From the sequence record LC592711.1: a stretch of 64,000 nucleotides of DNA, one strand, 5' to 3'. Positions 1 through 10,160 of the stretch are shown in pieces (position 1 is the first letter of the stretch; the number at the start of each line of letters is the position of its first letter). The translations under genes were made by a program, and so were the position numbers. Under the pieces are notes generated by a model that saw nothing but the letters and a program-made list of their open reading frames with translations, did not search any database and was not told the DNA's origin.

Positions 1-231
1 ATCCCGAGCCTTGAAAATCGGAATCCACTCACTGGTCGTATACAGATACTGCCAGATAGTATCTTTCAAACCAGGCAGAGCCAGCATCTGCTCGATCGTC
101 AGGTCGCTATCCTGGATCGTAGCCGTCTGACCCTGATACTCAAACTGAAGGAATGCAGAGTCTTTCAGAATGAGATGGTTCTGTACCTGCTCAAGTGTAT
201 AAAACGCATTCATACGCGGCATTTCACGCAT
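1..231 (-). CDS. hypothetical protein, truncated by the window start (MREMPRMNAFYTLEQ...)
   Basis: Not in the ORF track. Manual translation from ATG at 231 with AGGAG RBS stays open to base 1. Confidence 0.75.
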   Translation of the reverse strand, partial: MREMPRMNAFYTLEQVQNHLILKDSAFLQFEYQGQTATIQDSDLTIEQMLALPGLKDTIWQYLYTTSEWIPIFKARD

Positions 232-294
232 GGTGTTGCTCTCCTAAAAGGTTATAAGCGGGAGCAGGAATTGTTCCCATTTTGGCCCAACTGT

Positions 295-783
295 TTACAT
301 CCCGTACTTCACGAGGAAGTCGTCGAACTGACGGAAGAACTCTCCACGGATATAAGTAACACCATGGAACTCCCGCGCGCTAATCCGAGATTCCGGATCT
401 TTGCGATACGCTTGTAACATGATCTCACTGATCATACCTTCGCAGCGGCGCGCGAAATCTCTGGAATACGGAGCATCGAAACCGAAATAACTCAGTACTG
501 CCAGATAGGCATTGACTTCGAATTCGTCACGAAAACCATCGTGATAAAATTCTTCCGTATGAGCCTGACCGATGAAACGACTCGACATCAGCCATTTGTC
601 GACCGTGACCTTCGCCAGTTCGAAAGTCCTCATATCGTCGTTTCGTTCAGCGAAAGCCTGGAAACGAAGATCGATTTGCTGATTGTCGAAATGACTTCGT
701 GGATGCTGAGCGTTCATCGACCTCAGAACTTCGCCGTCGTAAACAACATGAACCACGTACTTCTTATCCATTACAAACTCCAT
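295..783 (-). CDS. hypothetical protein, probably early
   Basis: 162 aa ORF with an ATATAT-type promoter motif just upstream (827-842). Confidence 0.75.
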   Translation of the reverse strand: MEFVMDKKYVVHVVYDGEVLRSMNAQHPRSHFDNQQIDLRFQAFAERNDDMRTFELAKVTVDKWLMSSRFIGQAHTEEFYHDGFRDEFEVNAYLAVLSYFGFDAPYSRDFARRCEGMISEIMLQAYRKDPESRISAREFHGVTYIRGEFFRQFDDFLVKYGM

Positions 784-826
784 TGTAAAAGGAAGTTCAA
801 AGCCTTTGATTGGCTTTATCCTTTTC

Positions 827-842
827 GTTATATATCTTTGAA
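827..842 (-). promoter_or_regulatory. putative early promoter (TTCAAAGATATATAAC)
   Basis: One of seven ATATAT(A/C/T)A(C/T) copies upstream of minus-strand genes. Confidence 0.55.
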
Positions 843-865
843 AAAATCTAAAGCGGCATACGACG

Positions 866-889
866 AGGATAGGGCTTTCGCCCTATCCT
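866..889 (-). terminator. hairpin after structural operon
   Basis: 10-bp stem, GAAA loop, followed by CGTCGTATG. Confidence 0.6.
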
Positions 890-898
890 GTCTTTCGT

Positions 899-2281
899 TT
901 AGTCCAACCCTGTCAGACCAGCCTGATTGGGATCGTCCGCTTTCACGAAGATCACCATTGCGACGAATGAACGATAGCCATTTGCCATCAGGCCCTTGCC
1001 GTTCATCTTGGTTTGGATGTGCGCTTTCAACAACACGCCATTGACTTCTTTCACTTCACCCTGATCGAGGAACATGATCTTCACGTTCAGACCAGGCTTG
1101 ATGATTTCGGGATTAGCGTTTTCCCATTCGAGCGTGTAGAAGTGTCCTTGTCCACGAGCGAGTCGAGAAGTCGCCAGATACGGATTTGCCGTAATCCCTT
1201 CAGGCGAGAGTCGAACATTGTTCTTTCCGTTAGGAGCTTGCTCACCAACGAATTCATTGTTGTTCTGACTACGCCTAGCCAACGCCGTATTGTTGCCGCC
1301 CTTGGAGAATCCTTGGACGATCTGGTTAGCATCTGCGAACATGACGCCATTACCAGCATTGTCCTGAATCTGACTCTTGTCGGATTCGATCTTCTTGTTA
1401 CCCGTCGACAGAATGGTCGTGATGCCATTTTGCGTAAGGTAAGTCTTCTCAACCTGGGGAAAGCGCTTGGCAGGAACTGAGATGATGATCAGCTTTTCCT
1501 TCGCCTCATCAAAGCCTGCGGTGTCGTACGGCGGATACACGTACCAGATACGCTCATGAACAAACTGAGCCATACCGGTCGGGAAGATACCACCGCACTT
1601 GGTTTGAACGTAGTCCGCCAGATCCGAGAGCATGACGCCGTGATCGATCACGACCTGGCTTTGCTTATCGGTAGCTGCTGACGGATGCATGTTCACGCCC
1701 AGGAGCTTATTGTCGTCATCGACTTCCAGCTGACCGCAGTTCATCGTGATCAGGTGCTTGACGAGATCTGCATTGGTCGTGTTGGTAAAGTTACCACCCA
1801 CACTCACTTTACTGATGTCATCAAGCAACTTGGGTTTTAGCTGAATATCGACTTCAACGAAGTCAAGCAGGTTCTGAACCTCTCGACTCAAATTCTCGTT
1901 GTTGTTATCTTCCGACATGAAGGGACGAGCCTTCGGATCGATAGACACATTAAACGTTTCGACAGTCACCGATCCAGCAGCATCGGATTTGTCGTAACTG
2001 GTAGGATTGAGCAATTCTGTTTTCAGAATGAACTCAAGATTACCTTTGGCTGGATAAACGAAAGCCGTATAGTCACCCAACATCATGACCACACGAATCA
2101 TCTTCACCGCGCCATAGTTCAGTTCGTAGTCAGCATGCTCGTCGATGTCCGTAATCTTGATCACGTCATACGTCTGCGTGCCAACCTTGAACTGTCCCGT
2201 ATAGCTGTAGAAGTTAGGCTGGAAGCTGGAATTCAATACCCGCTGGATATCAAAGTCCAATGGAGAGCTGTCGATGTTCAT
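899..2281 (-). CDS. putative virion/baseplate structural protein (phiKZ gp101-like by position)
   Basis: 460 aa, last gene of the structural operon; assignment from size and recalled synteny. Confidence 0.55.
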   Translation of the reverse strand: MNIDSSPLDFDIQRVLNSSFQPNFYSYTGQFKVGTQTYDVIKITDIDEHADYELNYGAVKMIRVVMMLGDYTAFVYPAKGNLEFILKTELLNPTSYDKSDAAGSVTVETFNVSIDPKARPFMSEDNNNENLSREVQNLLDFVEVDIQLKPKLLDDISKVSVGGNFTNTTNADLVKHLITMNCGQLEVDDDNKLLGVNMHPSAATDKQSQVVIDHGVMLSDLADYVQTKCGGIFPTGMAQFVHERIWYVYPPYDTAGFDEAKEKLIIISVPAKRFPQVEKTYLTQNGITTILSTGNKKIESDKSQIQDNAGNGVMFADANQIVQGFSKGGNNTALARRSQNNNEFVGEQAPNGKNNVRLSPEGITANPYLATSRLARGQGHFYTLEWENANPEIIKPGLNVKIMFLDQGEVKEVNGVLLKAHIQTKMNGKGLMANGYRSFVAMVIFVKADDPNQAGLTGLD

Positions 2282-2982
2282 TGAATACGTCCGTGAATAC
2301 CTGAACGATCCATGTACGACAAGAAGATGTCGCGCATGGATGGACGCTCCGGCAACTTCTTCTCTTCCACATTTTCCGGCTTGGGCTGATCGGTAACCGG
2401 TACTGTCGAGTACTTGTTGCGAACGGTGTACTGATCCTGCTTTGCCTTGCCTCGATCCCTGACGCGTTTGTCGACTGCATCGAACATTGCGTTGAGGTTG
2501 ACGATTTCTCTTTGAAGACCTTCCGGAATAAACGTGCGAGCAAACTCTTCGCCATACTCATGACCAGCGTACTGATACACGGCTTCAGCGAATTCGTCGA
2601 TCTGCACGAGATCTTCAAACGGCACATTGTGGTTGAACACAGTCGACTGGATGCGTTTAGCCCAATCGAACGTATAGTCCTGGCAGATCTCGTAGATCGC
2701 TTTCGTATCGTCACGTTTAACGATACTGACCATTGTGTGTTCGTGATAGTACTCCACCATCTGAGCGATGGGAATGTACACGGGAGCCTGCTGCTTCATG
2801 AGCTCCCGGTCTACGTTTTGATTACCCGATGTGTGCAGGCCGTAGCGTTCAAGGTACGCCGTACCAAAACGAGCAATACGAGGTACCTTGCACAACCAGA
2901 CCCGCCCCCACAACGGATACCGAGGATCATCGAAAGGGATGCTACTCGGGTTAGGTGCGGGGCGTTTCTTTTGTTCCGTCAT
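2278..2982 (-). CDS. conserved hypothetical protein in structural operon
   Basis: 234 aa ORF with 4-bp overlaps to both neighbours. Confidence 0.7.
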   Translation of the reverse strand: MTEQKKRPAPNPSSIPFDDPRYPLWGRVWLCKVPRIARFGTAYLERYGLHTSGNQNVDRELMKQQAPVYIPIAQMVEYYHEHTMVSIVKRDDTKAIYEICQDYTFDWAKRIQSTVFNHNVPFEDLVQIDEFAEAVYQYAGHEYGEEFARTFIPEGLQREIVNLNAMFDAVDKRVRDRGKAKQDQYTVRNKYSTVPVTDQPKPENVEEKKLPERPSMRDIFLSYMDRSGIHGRIQ

Positions 2983-4328
2983 AGCCTTCTGAGGTTGTAC
3001 TTGATCAGCAACAGGAGAAGCGGAATGTAGTAGAACCGTTCCACATGTCCCCAGTTGAGAATGTCGTCACACACTTTCAGAATATCGCCAGCGGCGATAA
3101 TTTTAAAGTCGATGTAATCCAGCAGCAAACTTTCGAGCAACGACAGATTCGTGTTGTCGCGCGTATAGAAGGCGCTGGAGAGGACGTAGCCGTTGTCCAT
3201 GTCGATGGGCTTGATGATGGGCATCGGAGCGATGGAGCCATCCGTAGGCGGCGTGGGAGGCACGTACGCAGGCATTGTCGACTTGATGTTGACCGGAAGC
3301 AGAGGTTTCTGGATTTCCTTGGCCATCATGAAGTCAACGTTCGTCTTCGGATCGACCGGATACACGACTTGAGCAATGCCCGAGTAGCGCATCGAAGCGA
3401 GAAGTGCCGAACGATGGAAGTTCACGCGCGACGTAACACCGGTCTTCGTGTAGATGAAGTTCATCAACTTCGGGTCACGATTGGATAGCATCGTCCACAG
3501 ACTCATGGACGAAATCGCGCCATCGTCACCGATGTTCAATTCACGAATCGACTGGATATGAACATCATCGAATGAGTTCATGATCGACTTGACGAAATCG
3601 ACCAACCCATGATCGTAAGTCGGCACGTCTTGCATCGGCACGACAATCGTCATGTACTCGCGACTGAAATACTGGTTGAAGTACAACTGGATGTAGTCGT
3701 ACCAGTAGCCGGCCAACTTCTTGCTGTTCTGATAGTCGTCCTCAACGAGCAAGGGATTCTGCAGGTTAAGCAGGAAGTCCTTGACGAAGTAGTAGGTTAC
3801 GATCGTCTTCTGATCCAGGTCGAAGATACGAGTCTGATCATTGATCGCAATCAGCTGATATTCGATCTGGTGGGCATGGTCCACGAAGATCTGCATCGCC
3901 TGCACTTTCGTGACCTTGAAAATACCTTCACGGCCATCAGCAATGCCAGCGCGGAACATGTCACCTTCCTGAGGAACCAGGAAAGGATAGACGTTCGCCA
4001 TACCCTGCATCGTCATTTCGTTGGTTTGCGGATCTTGAGAAACCTGCGTCAAGTCCTGCGTCACTTTCAGTTCCATCGACCAGATGCGACGGTACTGTTG
4101 GAGAACAGCAGGCAAGGACGTATCCTGGCCTTTGATCTCACTATTCTTGTCGAGGATCTGTGAGTAGTAATCCACTACCCACGGCGAGCCTTCGATATAC
4201 GCAAGCAGATCGCTCTGAGGCGTATATTCGGTATCGATGACAGCGGTCTTCACACCCGGCTTGAAAGGACGGACAATGTCCTGTCTGGGCTGGGTAGGAG
4301 CCTTGTCGGTATCTGTCCAAAGCGGCAT
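2979..4328 (-). CDS. putative virion structural protein
   Basis: 449 aa ORF, translationally coupled within the structural cluster. Confidence 0.55.
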   Translation of the reverse strand: MPLWTDTDKAPTQPRQDIVRPFKPGVKTAVIDTEYTPQSDLLAYIEGSPWVVDYYSQILDKNSEIKGQDTSLPAVLQQYRRIWSMELKVTQDLTQVSQDPQTNEMTMQGMANVYPFLVPQEGDMFRAGIADGREGIFKVTKVQAMQIFVDHAHQIEYQLIAINDQTRIFDLDQKTIVTYYFVKDFLLNLQNPLLVEDDYQNSKKLAGYWYDYIQLYFNQYFSREYMTIVVPMQDVPTYDHGLVDFVKSIMNSFDDVHIQSIRELNIGDDGAISSMSLWTMLSNRDPKLMNFIYTKTGVTSRVNFHRSALLASMRYSGIAQVVYPVDPKTNVDFMMAKEIQKPLLPVNIKSTMPAYVPPTPPTDGSIAPMPIIKPIDMDNGYVLSSAFYTRDNTNLSLLESLLLDYIDFKIIAAGDILKVCDDILNWGHVERFYYIPLLLLLIKYNLRRL

Positions 4329-4337
4329 TGCGTCCTC

Positions 4338-5903
4338 TTATTTCTTCGATTGGAACACGCCATTGACAGTGCTGAACTGCACGGTCTTCATGGCACGATT
4401 GATGGTTCGGCCTTTGAGACATTCAGCGAATGAGTCATAGGTACGCGGTGTCAAGCCGTTAGCGATGATGTTATCGCACGGACGATAGTTACCGGCAGTC
4501 GTCGGTGCAATGTACTGAACGATCTGATCGAACGCACAGCGGGCATTGCGAAGACGAGCTTTCGCATCTTCCGTGATGTAGGTCAGGTCAGTGGTCACCG
4601 AAATACGCAGATGCCAGACCTTACGCTTATTGAGAGGCTGAGTCGAATAGATGTTCAGATTCTCATCCATGCGAATCCAGGTAGGATCTACCAGCAGTCG
4701 ACCCATGTAAAGGGCCACGTTCACCGCAGACTGTCGAGGCTTTGTCACATACTGGGCTTCCGCTGCCATGAACTGCTTCATGCAGTCACTGAACTGGAAA
4801 CCATACGAATCCGCTTCGAGATCCGTCAGGTTCATGAGCAGGTTCGGATCCATTCCCGCTGCCACCTGATCGTCAGTCGGCAACAGAACGAGAGTCGTGA
4901 CCATGCGCATCGTTCTCTCAGGAACATTGCGAGGCATAAACTCATCGAACGTCGGGAAGTAACGCCCCGGGAAATCCTGATAGACAGGATTCACATTCTG
5001 CATCGACTCGAACGACTTCAGATGCGCCATCGACCAGCTACGCGATTGCTGGTGATCTTGCAAACGCTGAAAGCCTGTTTCGTTCCGGAACTTCTTGCTC
5101 AGGATCTGATTGTGAATCGAGATCGGATACATGAAGTGAATGTCCTTCGGCTTTTCGTAACGCAGCACGTAAGGAATTTCCACTTCCCACACATCCGTCT
5201 CATCTTTACGCTGACCGAAGTCAGGCTCAGAGCCGATGTCAAAGAAGCCAAGACAACGCATCTGGGTTTCCTTGAAGACACCCAATGTGTTCTTTCCTGC
5301 CTGATCCGTCAATAGACCATAGCGGGGATTGACCCATTTCTGGAAGAACGTGTCAAAGTCCTCACCATAGCCTGCTACAGCTTCCTGGAGGCGATGGATC
5401 TCTCTGAGGATGACCATGTAGGACTCCGGCATCGCAAACGAATACTGAAGCGTATGGAGCCACGTATCCTCACGATTGGGGATCTTCATGATCATGTAAT
5501 CGTACCAGCGACGAGCATCCGTCTTGTTCTTGGCACGATAGTGGATCGTGAACTTCATTTCCACCGATGCATAAATCGGACGCATCTCGATTTCGAGGTC
5601 ACGATTCAGAAAGAGCGGAATTTGTTCAGGTTGTTTGGTCACCATTGCAGGCAGCCAATCATTGACATAGTTCTCCGTGATTTCGATGAAGATCTTGTCA
5701 GTCGTCGGCAGGCGAATGGTTTCGTATTTGTTCGAGATGTAGCCATGAGGCTGAGCGACCGTATCCGCATAACCCGGATAGTTGATATTCATGTCTGCAG
5801 GCAGACCGAGTCGATCGATCAGAATTTCCTGGACCGTGGCTACAGCGATGGCACGACTCACCGACTGATCGGATTCCAGGATAGGTCTTTGAATCTTGGG
5901 CAT
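4338..5903 (-). CDS. putative virion structural protein (phiKZ gp99-like by position)
   Basis: 521 aa ORF; size and synteny only. Confidence 0.55.
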   Translation of the reverse strand: MPKIQRPILESDQSVSRAIAVATVQEILIDRLGLPADMNINYPGYADTVAQPHGYISNKYETIRLPTTDKIFIEITENYVNDWLPAMVTKQPEQIPLFLNRDLEIEMRPIYASVEMKFTIHYRAKNKTDARRWYDYMIMKIPNREDTWLHTLQYSFAMPESYMVILREIHRLQEAVAGYGEDFDTFFQKWVNPRYGLLTDQAGKNTLGVFKETQMRCLGFFDIGSEPDFGQRKDETDVWEVEIPYVLRYEKPKDIHFMYPISIHNQILSKKFRNETGFQRLQDHQQSRSWSMAHLKSFESMQNVNPVYQDFPGRYFPTFDEFMPRNVPERTMRMVTTLVLLPTDDQVAAGMDPNLLMNLTDLEADSYGFQFSDCMKQFMAAEAQYVTKPRQSAVNVALYMGRLLVDPTWIRMDENLNIYSTQPLNKRKVWHLRISVTTDLTYITEDAKARLRNARCAFDQIVQYIAPTTAGNYRPCDNIIANGLTPRTYDSFAECLKGRTINRAMKTVQFSTVNGVFQSKK

Positions 5904-5937
5904 AAGTTGTCCAGTGTTGGTTCTATGTCAAAAGATG

Positions 5938-6354
5938 TCACTCGTTTCGCTGCATGTATTCAGGCAGATCGGGAAACGGCAAGATCTTTCCTTTCAATTC
6001 GTGCGAACAGTCGCCCAGGAAATACACTTCTCCCGGTTTAGCTCCGTTGCAACCTACCCAGGTATGGCACTGCTGACATTCGAAGTCACGCTCGTCTTCA
6101 GGATGCTTCTCATTAAACGTACACCAGCAATCATCCCCAGGTTTGTGGGAATCCATGTAATGTCCAGAACGAGTCAGGACGCTCGGACCGAAGACGGGTT
6201 TGTTCACGTCTCCATTCCACGTCCAGTTCTGACCCGGAGGACCACCTTGAGTCGTGATCTGGTGACAAGTCTGACAACCCTGACACCAATAGGTCAAACC
6301 ACTACGACCGCGATTGTCGGACCAGCTACGAAGTTTTGAAGACAGAAGTCCCAT
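5938..6354 (-). CDS. DUF6527-like Cys/His metal-binding protein
   Basis: YWCQGCQTCHQI...WTWNGDVNKPVFGPSVL...CHTW...YFLGDCSHEL resembles the DUF6527 pattern as recalled. Start moved to MGLLSS. Confidence 0.6.
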   Translation of the reverse strand: MGLLSSKLRSWSDNRGRSGLTYWCQGCQTCHQITTQGGPPGQNWTWNGDVNKPVFGPSVLTRSGHYMDSHKPGDDCWCTFNEKHPEDERDFECQQCHTWVGCNGAKPGEVYFLGDCSHELKGKILPFPDLPEYMQRNE

Positions 6355-6389
6355 GATGTTCTCAATAAAGATTAACCAAAGGATCAACA

Positions 6390-6417
6390 CTACCAGTAGC
6401 CTTTCGGCTACTGGTAG
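6390..6417 (-). terminator. hairpin terminator
   Basis: 12-bp perfect stem, GAAA loop. Confidence 0.6.
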
Positions 6418-6429
6418 AGGATCTGCTGT

Positions 6430-6708
6430 TTAGTCGTCGTGACCACGAGTACGTTCGCGGAAGGAACTGTGTCCCGTCATGCGGGCTTTCAGATCCTTGT
6501 TGCTGCTGCTGCCCGTACCGTAAGCATCGTTGATGGTCCTGACTGCACGTACGGCCGCATGGCCGACGTTCTTGGCCGAGCCCACCACTGCTTCCTTGAC
6601 GTCATGCGCGGCGTTCTTCACACCTTGCTTGGCGTTTTCCTTGGTGTCCTGCCACGAGCTCAAGGAAACCTGGCTCTTACGCGGTTTGTCGATCTGATAG
6701 AAGCCCAT
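6430..6708 (-). CDS. small hydrophilic hypothetical protein
   Basis: 92 aa ORF directly after the head-protein gene; K/A/V helical repeats. Confidence 0.6.
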   Translation of the reverse strand: MGFYQIDKPRKSQVSLSSWQDTKENAKQGVKNAAHDVKEAVVGSAKNVGHAAVRAVRTINDAYGTGSSSNKDLKARMTGHSSFRERTRGHDD

Positions 6709-6710
6709 GA

Positions 6711-8021
6711 TCAGTGTCCGTCCTTCTTCAAGTCAACGTGGTTGCCGCTACGGTTGTTGAAAGCCAACACGTATTGGGCAAGATTGATGAACGAGTTCAC
6801 CACCCCATCCACCAGGCCGTAATACATCAGAGCAGGCTGGTCCATCGTCTTCTGGAAGAACTTCAGATCGTAAAGCATGATGTCACGGTCGTTCTTCTTC
6901 TCTTTGGTGGAGAAGAGGTTTGCGCCGATCTTCTTGATCTTGGCTTCCATGCCCTTGATGAATGCTTCCTTGTCAACCTGATACTGCTTGACCTTATCTG
7001 CGCACGCTTTCAGCTGCGAGTTCAGATACTGGATGTTTTCGATGAGTTTGTCGGGATTGGCGAAATCGCCTTCGAGCACAGCGTACTTGTTCAAGTTGAT
7101 GATGCCTTCGACTTTCGTCTTCTGGATCTTCAGGCCGTCGACCCAACGCAAGTTCTGCTTCATCACGTCATCGCTCTTCGCATCGTACTTCGGAGGCGGG
7201 AGCATCTGAACAGTCACGAAGGTGTTGTCGCCGAATTCTTCCGACGCATACACCTTGAGTTCACCATTCTTGCCGCGAGCAGCGGTGAGAACTTTACCCT
7301 CACGGGTTTCCTCGAAAGGAACCGGCATCGAGTCGTCAGTCGGTTTATCGCCAAGCATGCTTTCTTTGGCCTTGCGGTTCATCTCATGCTGGGCACCAAA
7401 CACCTTCAGCATTTCAGAACCGATCTTGCCGAGGTACGGACCATCCATGATGCCGTGGGTGGTCACGATATGCTTGAGGATCTCCGGCTTGGACAAATCG
7501 CACTTGGTGTAAAAGCCATTGGAGCCAATCGGATACGGACCATCTTTCTTCTGCTCGTCGGTCTTTTTCTCGTTAGCAGCTTTGACTTCTTCAGCTTTGT
7601 GCTTCAGATCCGCGGTCTTTTCTTCGTGGTCCTTGTTGCGCGTGAAGATACGCTTAATCAGGCCCCACACCCACTGGAACGCTTTCTTGATCGCATTGAT
7701 GATCGACATGAAAACGTTCTTGATTCCTTCACCGAATCCTTCGAGAGCGGCATGACTAATGTCGTGCGTCTTGAAGGACTGCAAGTCAGGAATCACTTTG
7801 TTCGGTTCACCGCCAATGCGACCCAGACGCAGGAAGCATTCAACGGAGTGCTGGACGAGTTTGTACGCTGTCTCATCGAGTCCCTTATCGCCGTCGGTCA
7901 TCAGTTCCTGGGTATAGGTGAGACTTTCCAGAGTCTGAATAGCCGTTTCGACTTTCTCGTTATCGTGAGCATAAGCCTGGAGGTCCAGATCCAAGCTGTC
8001 GCTATAGGTGAGTGAGCTCAT
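6711..8021 (-). CDS. phiKZ-like internal head (ejection) protein paralog
   Basis: Acidic N-terminal propeptide, AALE|G processing-like site, then amphipathic IKKAFQWVWGLIKRIF helix. Confidence 0.75.
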   Translation of the reverse strand: MSSLTYSDSLDLDLQAYAHDNEKVETAIQTLESLTYTQELMTDGDKGLDETAYKLVQHSVECFLRLGRIGGEPNKVIPDLQSFKTHDISHAALEGFGEGIKNVFMSIINAIKKAFQWVWGLIKRIFTRNKDHEEKTADLKHKAEEVKAANEKKTDEQKKDGPYPIGSNGFYTKCDLSKPEILKHIVTTHGIMDGPYLGKIGSEMLKVFGAQHEMNRKAKESMLGDKPTDDSMPVPFEETREGKVLTAARGKNGELKVYASEEFGDNTFVTVQMLPPPKYDAKSDDVMKQNLRWVDGLKIQKTKVEGIINLNKYAVLEGDFANPDKLIENIQYLNSQLKACADKVKQYQVDKEAFIKGMEAKIKKIGANLFSTKEKKNDRDIMLYDLKFFQKTMDQPALMYYGLVDGVVNSFINLAQYVLAFNNRSGNHVDLKKDGH

Positions 8022-8048
8022 CGGATTCCTTAATTAGACGTCATAAGA

Positions 8049-8082
8049 GAATACTCAGGAGCCCGAAGGCTCCCGAGTATTC
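8049..8082 (-). terminator. hairpin between head-protein paralogs
   Basis: 15-bp stem with one G-U pair, UUCG loop, followed by TCTTATG. Confidence 0.6.
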
Positions 8083-8126
8083 CCAGTGACAACTAACCGA
8101 AGTCAGTTACCGGCACGAAACGAGGA

Positions 8127-9443
8127 TTACTCCTTGTTTTCGTACTGGCGTGCCGACAGTTCAGCGTACTGCAGCGATGCGCTCATGCCGCGGATCGAGT
8201 GCGAAGCGAACGAAGCCGCCGGCTCGTCCATCAGCTTGCGGAACAGCGTTGCCGAAGCCTTCGCCTTCTTCTCGGCGTCGCCCTTCGAATCGCCGCCTTC
8301 GCGCGATTGACCGGCCGCGAACTTTTCGAGCTTCGCGATGAACTTCGCCTTGTTGTTGTTGATGTCGGTGAGGTTGCGCTTGTACTCGCTCACTTCACCG
8401 GCGAACTTCTCGATCGCTTCCGCGAAGCCGCGGATTTCGTCCGGCGTCAGGACCTTCAGCGTCTTGCCTTCGTCCTTCTTGTCGGACAGCGAGACCGAGC
8501 CGGCCTTGACCTTGTTCGCAGCTTCTTGAGCAGCCTTCACGTCGGCGCCGCCTTGTGCCTTCGGCACTGCGATGTACACGACGGATTCGCCCGGGAAGCG
8601 CGAGGTCACGAACACAGCGACGTCGCTTTCAGCCGTCACGCGCTTGGCCGTACCGGCGTCAGCTTGCTTCAGGCCGTATTCAGCCGGCGACACGCCTTCC
8701 GTACGGTCGTTCGCGAGGTCCGTTGCCTTGCCGAAGACGTCCGAGAACGCCTTTTGCTGGCTGAACAGCTTCTTCGCTTCAGCAGCCAGACCTTGCAGGT
8801 CGGCGGTCTTGACCGGCTGGCCGTTCACGCGCACGCTGTTGTACAGCGAGTCGTTTTCGAGGTTCGGCTCGGTAGCCTGGCCCGACAGCTTCGTGGTCGA
8901 TTCCTTCAGCTTCTGAGCACGCGATTGCAGACGCTCGGCCGCGCCGAAGATCTTGTTGAAGAAGTTGCGGACCCACTCGATCGACTTCTTGATCGCGTCG
9001 ACGATCGATTGCCAGATCTTCTTGGCGGAGATTTCGAGCGCTTCGACCGTGGCCTTGCCCAGTGCCGCGCGGTTCGTGCGCGTACGGAACGATTCCGACG
9101 ACGGGATGCCGAGTTGCTTGTACGTCACGCCGATGCGTGCGACCTTGAGCAGCGTTTCGACGGACGTTTCGATGATCTCGGCCGTGTTCTCGTCGATGCC
9201 TTCGCCTTCGTTCGCTTCCGCGACTTGTTCGGCGATGGTTTCCAGGCCGTCGGCTGCAACAGCAGCTGCGTCGATCTGATCGTTGCCCGTGTTGATCGCT
9301 GCTTCGTCGGCGTTGATTTCGCTGACGGCCGATGCCAGGGTGTTGGTTTCGTCCGGAGCGATTGCGTCAGCGCCGGTCATGGTGTCTGCGGCGTCGAAGT
9401 TTTCGTTCGAGTGCAGGATGCCGCTTTGCGGAAGGAAAGACAT
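8127..9443 (-). CDS. phiKZ-like internal head protein (gp93-like family)
   Basis: Acidic propeptide with SNE/SSE sites, then IVDAIKKSIEWVRNFFNKIFG helix; strongly biased codon usage suggests high expression. Confidence 0.8.
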   Translation of the reverse strand: MSFLPQSGILHSNENFDAADTMTGADAIAPDETNTLASAVSEINADEAAINTGNDQIDAAAVAADGLETIAEQVAEANEGEGIDENTAEIIETSVETLLKVARIGVTYKQLGIPSSESFRTRTNRAALGKATVEALEISAKKIWQSIVDAIKKSIEWVRNFFNKIFGAAERLQSRAQKLKESTTKLSGQATEPNLENDSLYNSVRVNGQPVKTADLQGLAAEAKKLFSQQKAFSDVFGKATDLANDRTEGVSPAEYGLKQADAGTAKRVTAESDVAVFVTSRFPGESVVYIAVPKAQGGADVKAAQEAANKVKAGSVSLSDKKDEGKTLKVLTPDEIRGFAEAIEKFAGEVSEYKRNLTDINNNKAKFIAKLEKFAAGQSREGGDSKGDAEKKAKASATLFRKLMDEPAASFASHSIRGMSASLQYAELSARQYENKE

Positions 9444-9575
9444 GTTGGATTACTCCATTGCAATGAAGGTTACTAAGAGGCCCTTAGTTTAAAACACCTA
9501 CTCTCGTAGGATCCTGAAAAACGTGCATTCTAAACTATATGCCTAAAATACACGTTTTAGTTTCTCACCAAACAA

Positions 9576-10160
9576 TTAAGAGCCAAAGAACACGCGAAGG
9601 GTGAAAAGCATATCGCTCAAACCATCCCGTTGTCCCAGCCATGTACGCAGGAAGTCCCGGATGAGAACGGGTTCGTTGTTGTAGCGCCCCAAGAGGAACT
9701 CGCGTGTTGCGATCCCAATCGTCCAGGCATTGTGCTTACCGATGTCCAGTGTGTCCACATAGATCATCGGATGATACTTCCGGAACCCCGTGTACACGTA
9801 GCAGACCGTCTCGTCAACGAAACGATTTTGCATCGTGTCAAAATATGGGTTCTGTTTCTGTTTTTCGATCCATTCGTTGATGGTCAAGGTGCCAAACGAG
9901 CCGAGGGCAGCTCGATACAGGCGTTCGCGAAAAGCGAAATCCCGCTTGAGCATGTCCTCGTGCTTCGTGACCTCTTTCCAGAGTTCCTCGATGTCCGCGT
10001 TCGGAGTGAGGTCATTAGCCTCAGACTCCAAAGTGATACGCCGAGTTGCGGCACCTATAAGATCCACCTGAATGGGTTTGTTCACCTGAGCCTTACGGTA
10101 CTCGATGGGGGCACCGAGAAAACCGTTCGGATAGAGTTTCAACCCACCGAAGATCTTCAT
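9576..10160 (-). CDS. putative head-associated protein (gp91-like by position)
   Basis: 194 aa, overlaps the upstream stop, contains TLE|SE. Confidence 0.55.
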   Translation of the reverse strand: MKIFGGLKLYPNGFLGAPIEYRKAQVNKPIQVDLIGAATRRITLESEANDLTPNADIEELWKEVTKHEDMLKRDFAFRERLYRAALGSFGTLTINEWIEKQKQNPYFDTMQNRFVDETVCYVYTGFRKYHPMIYVDTLDIGKHNAWTIGIATREFLLGRYNNEPVLIRDFLRTWLGQRDGLSDMLFTLRVFFGS

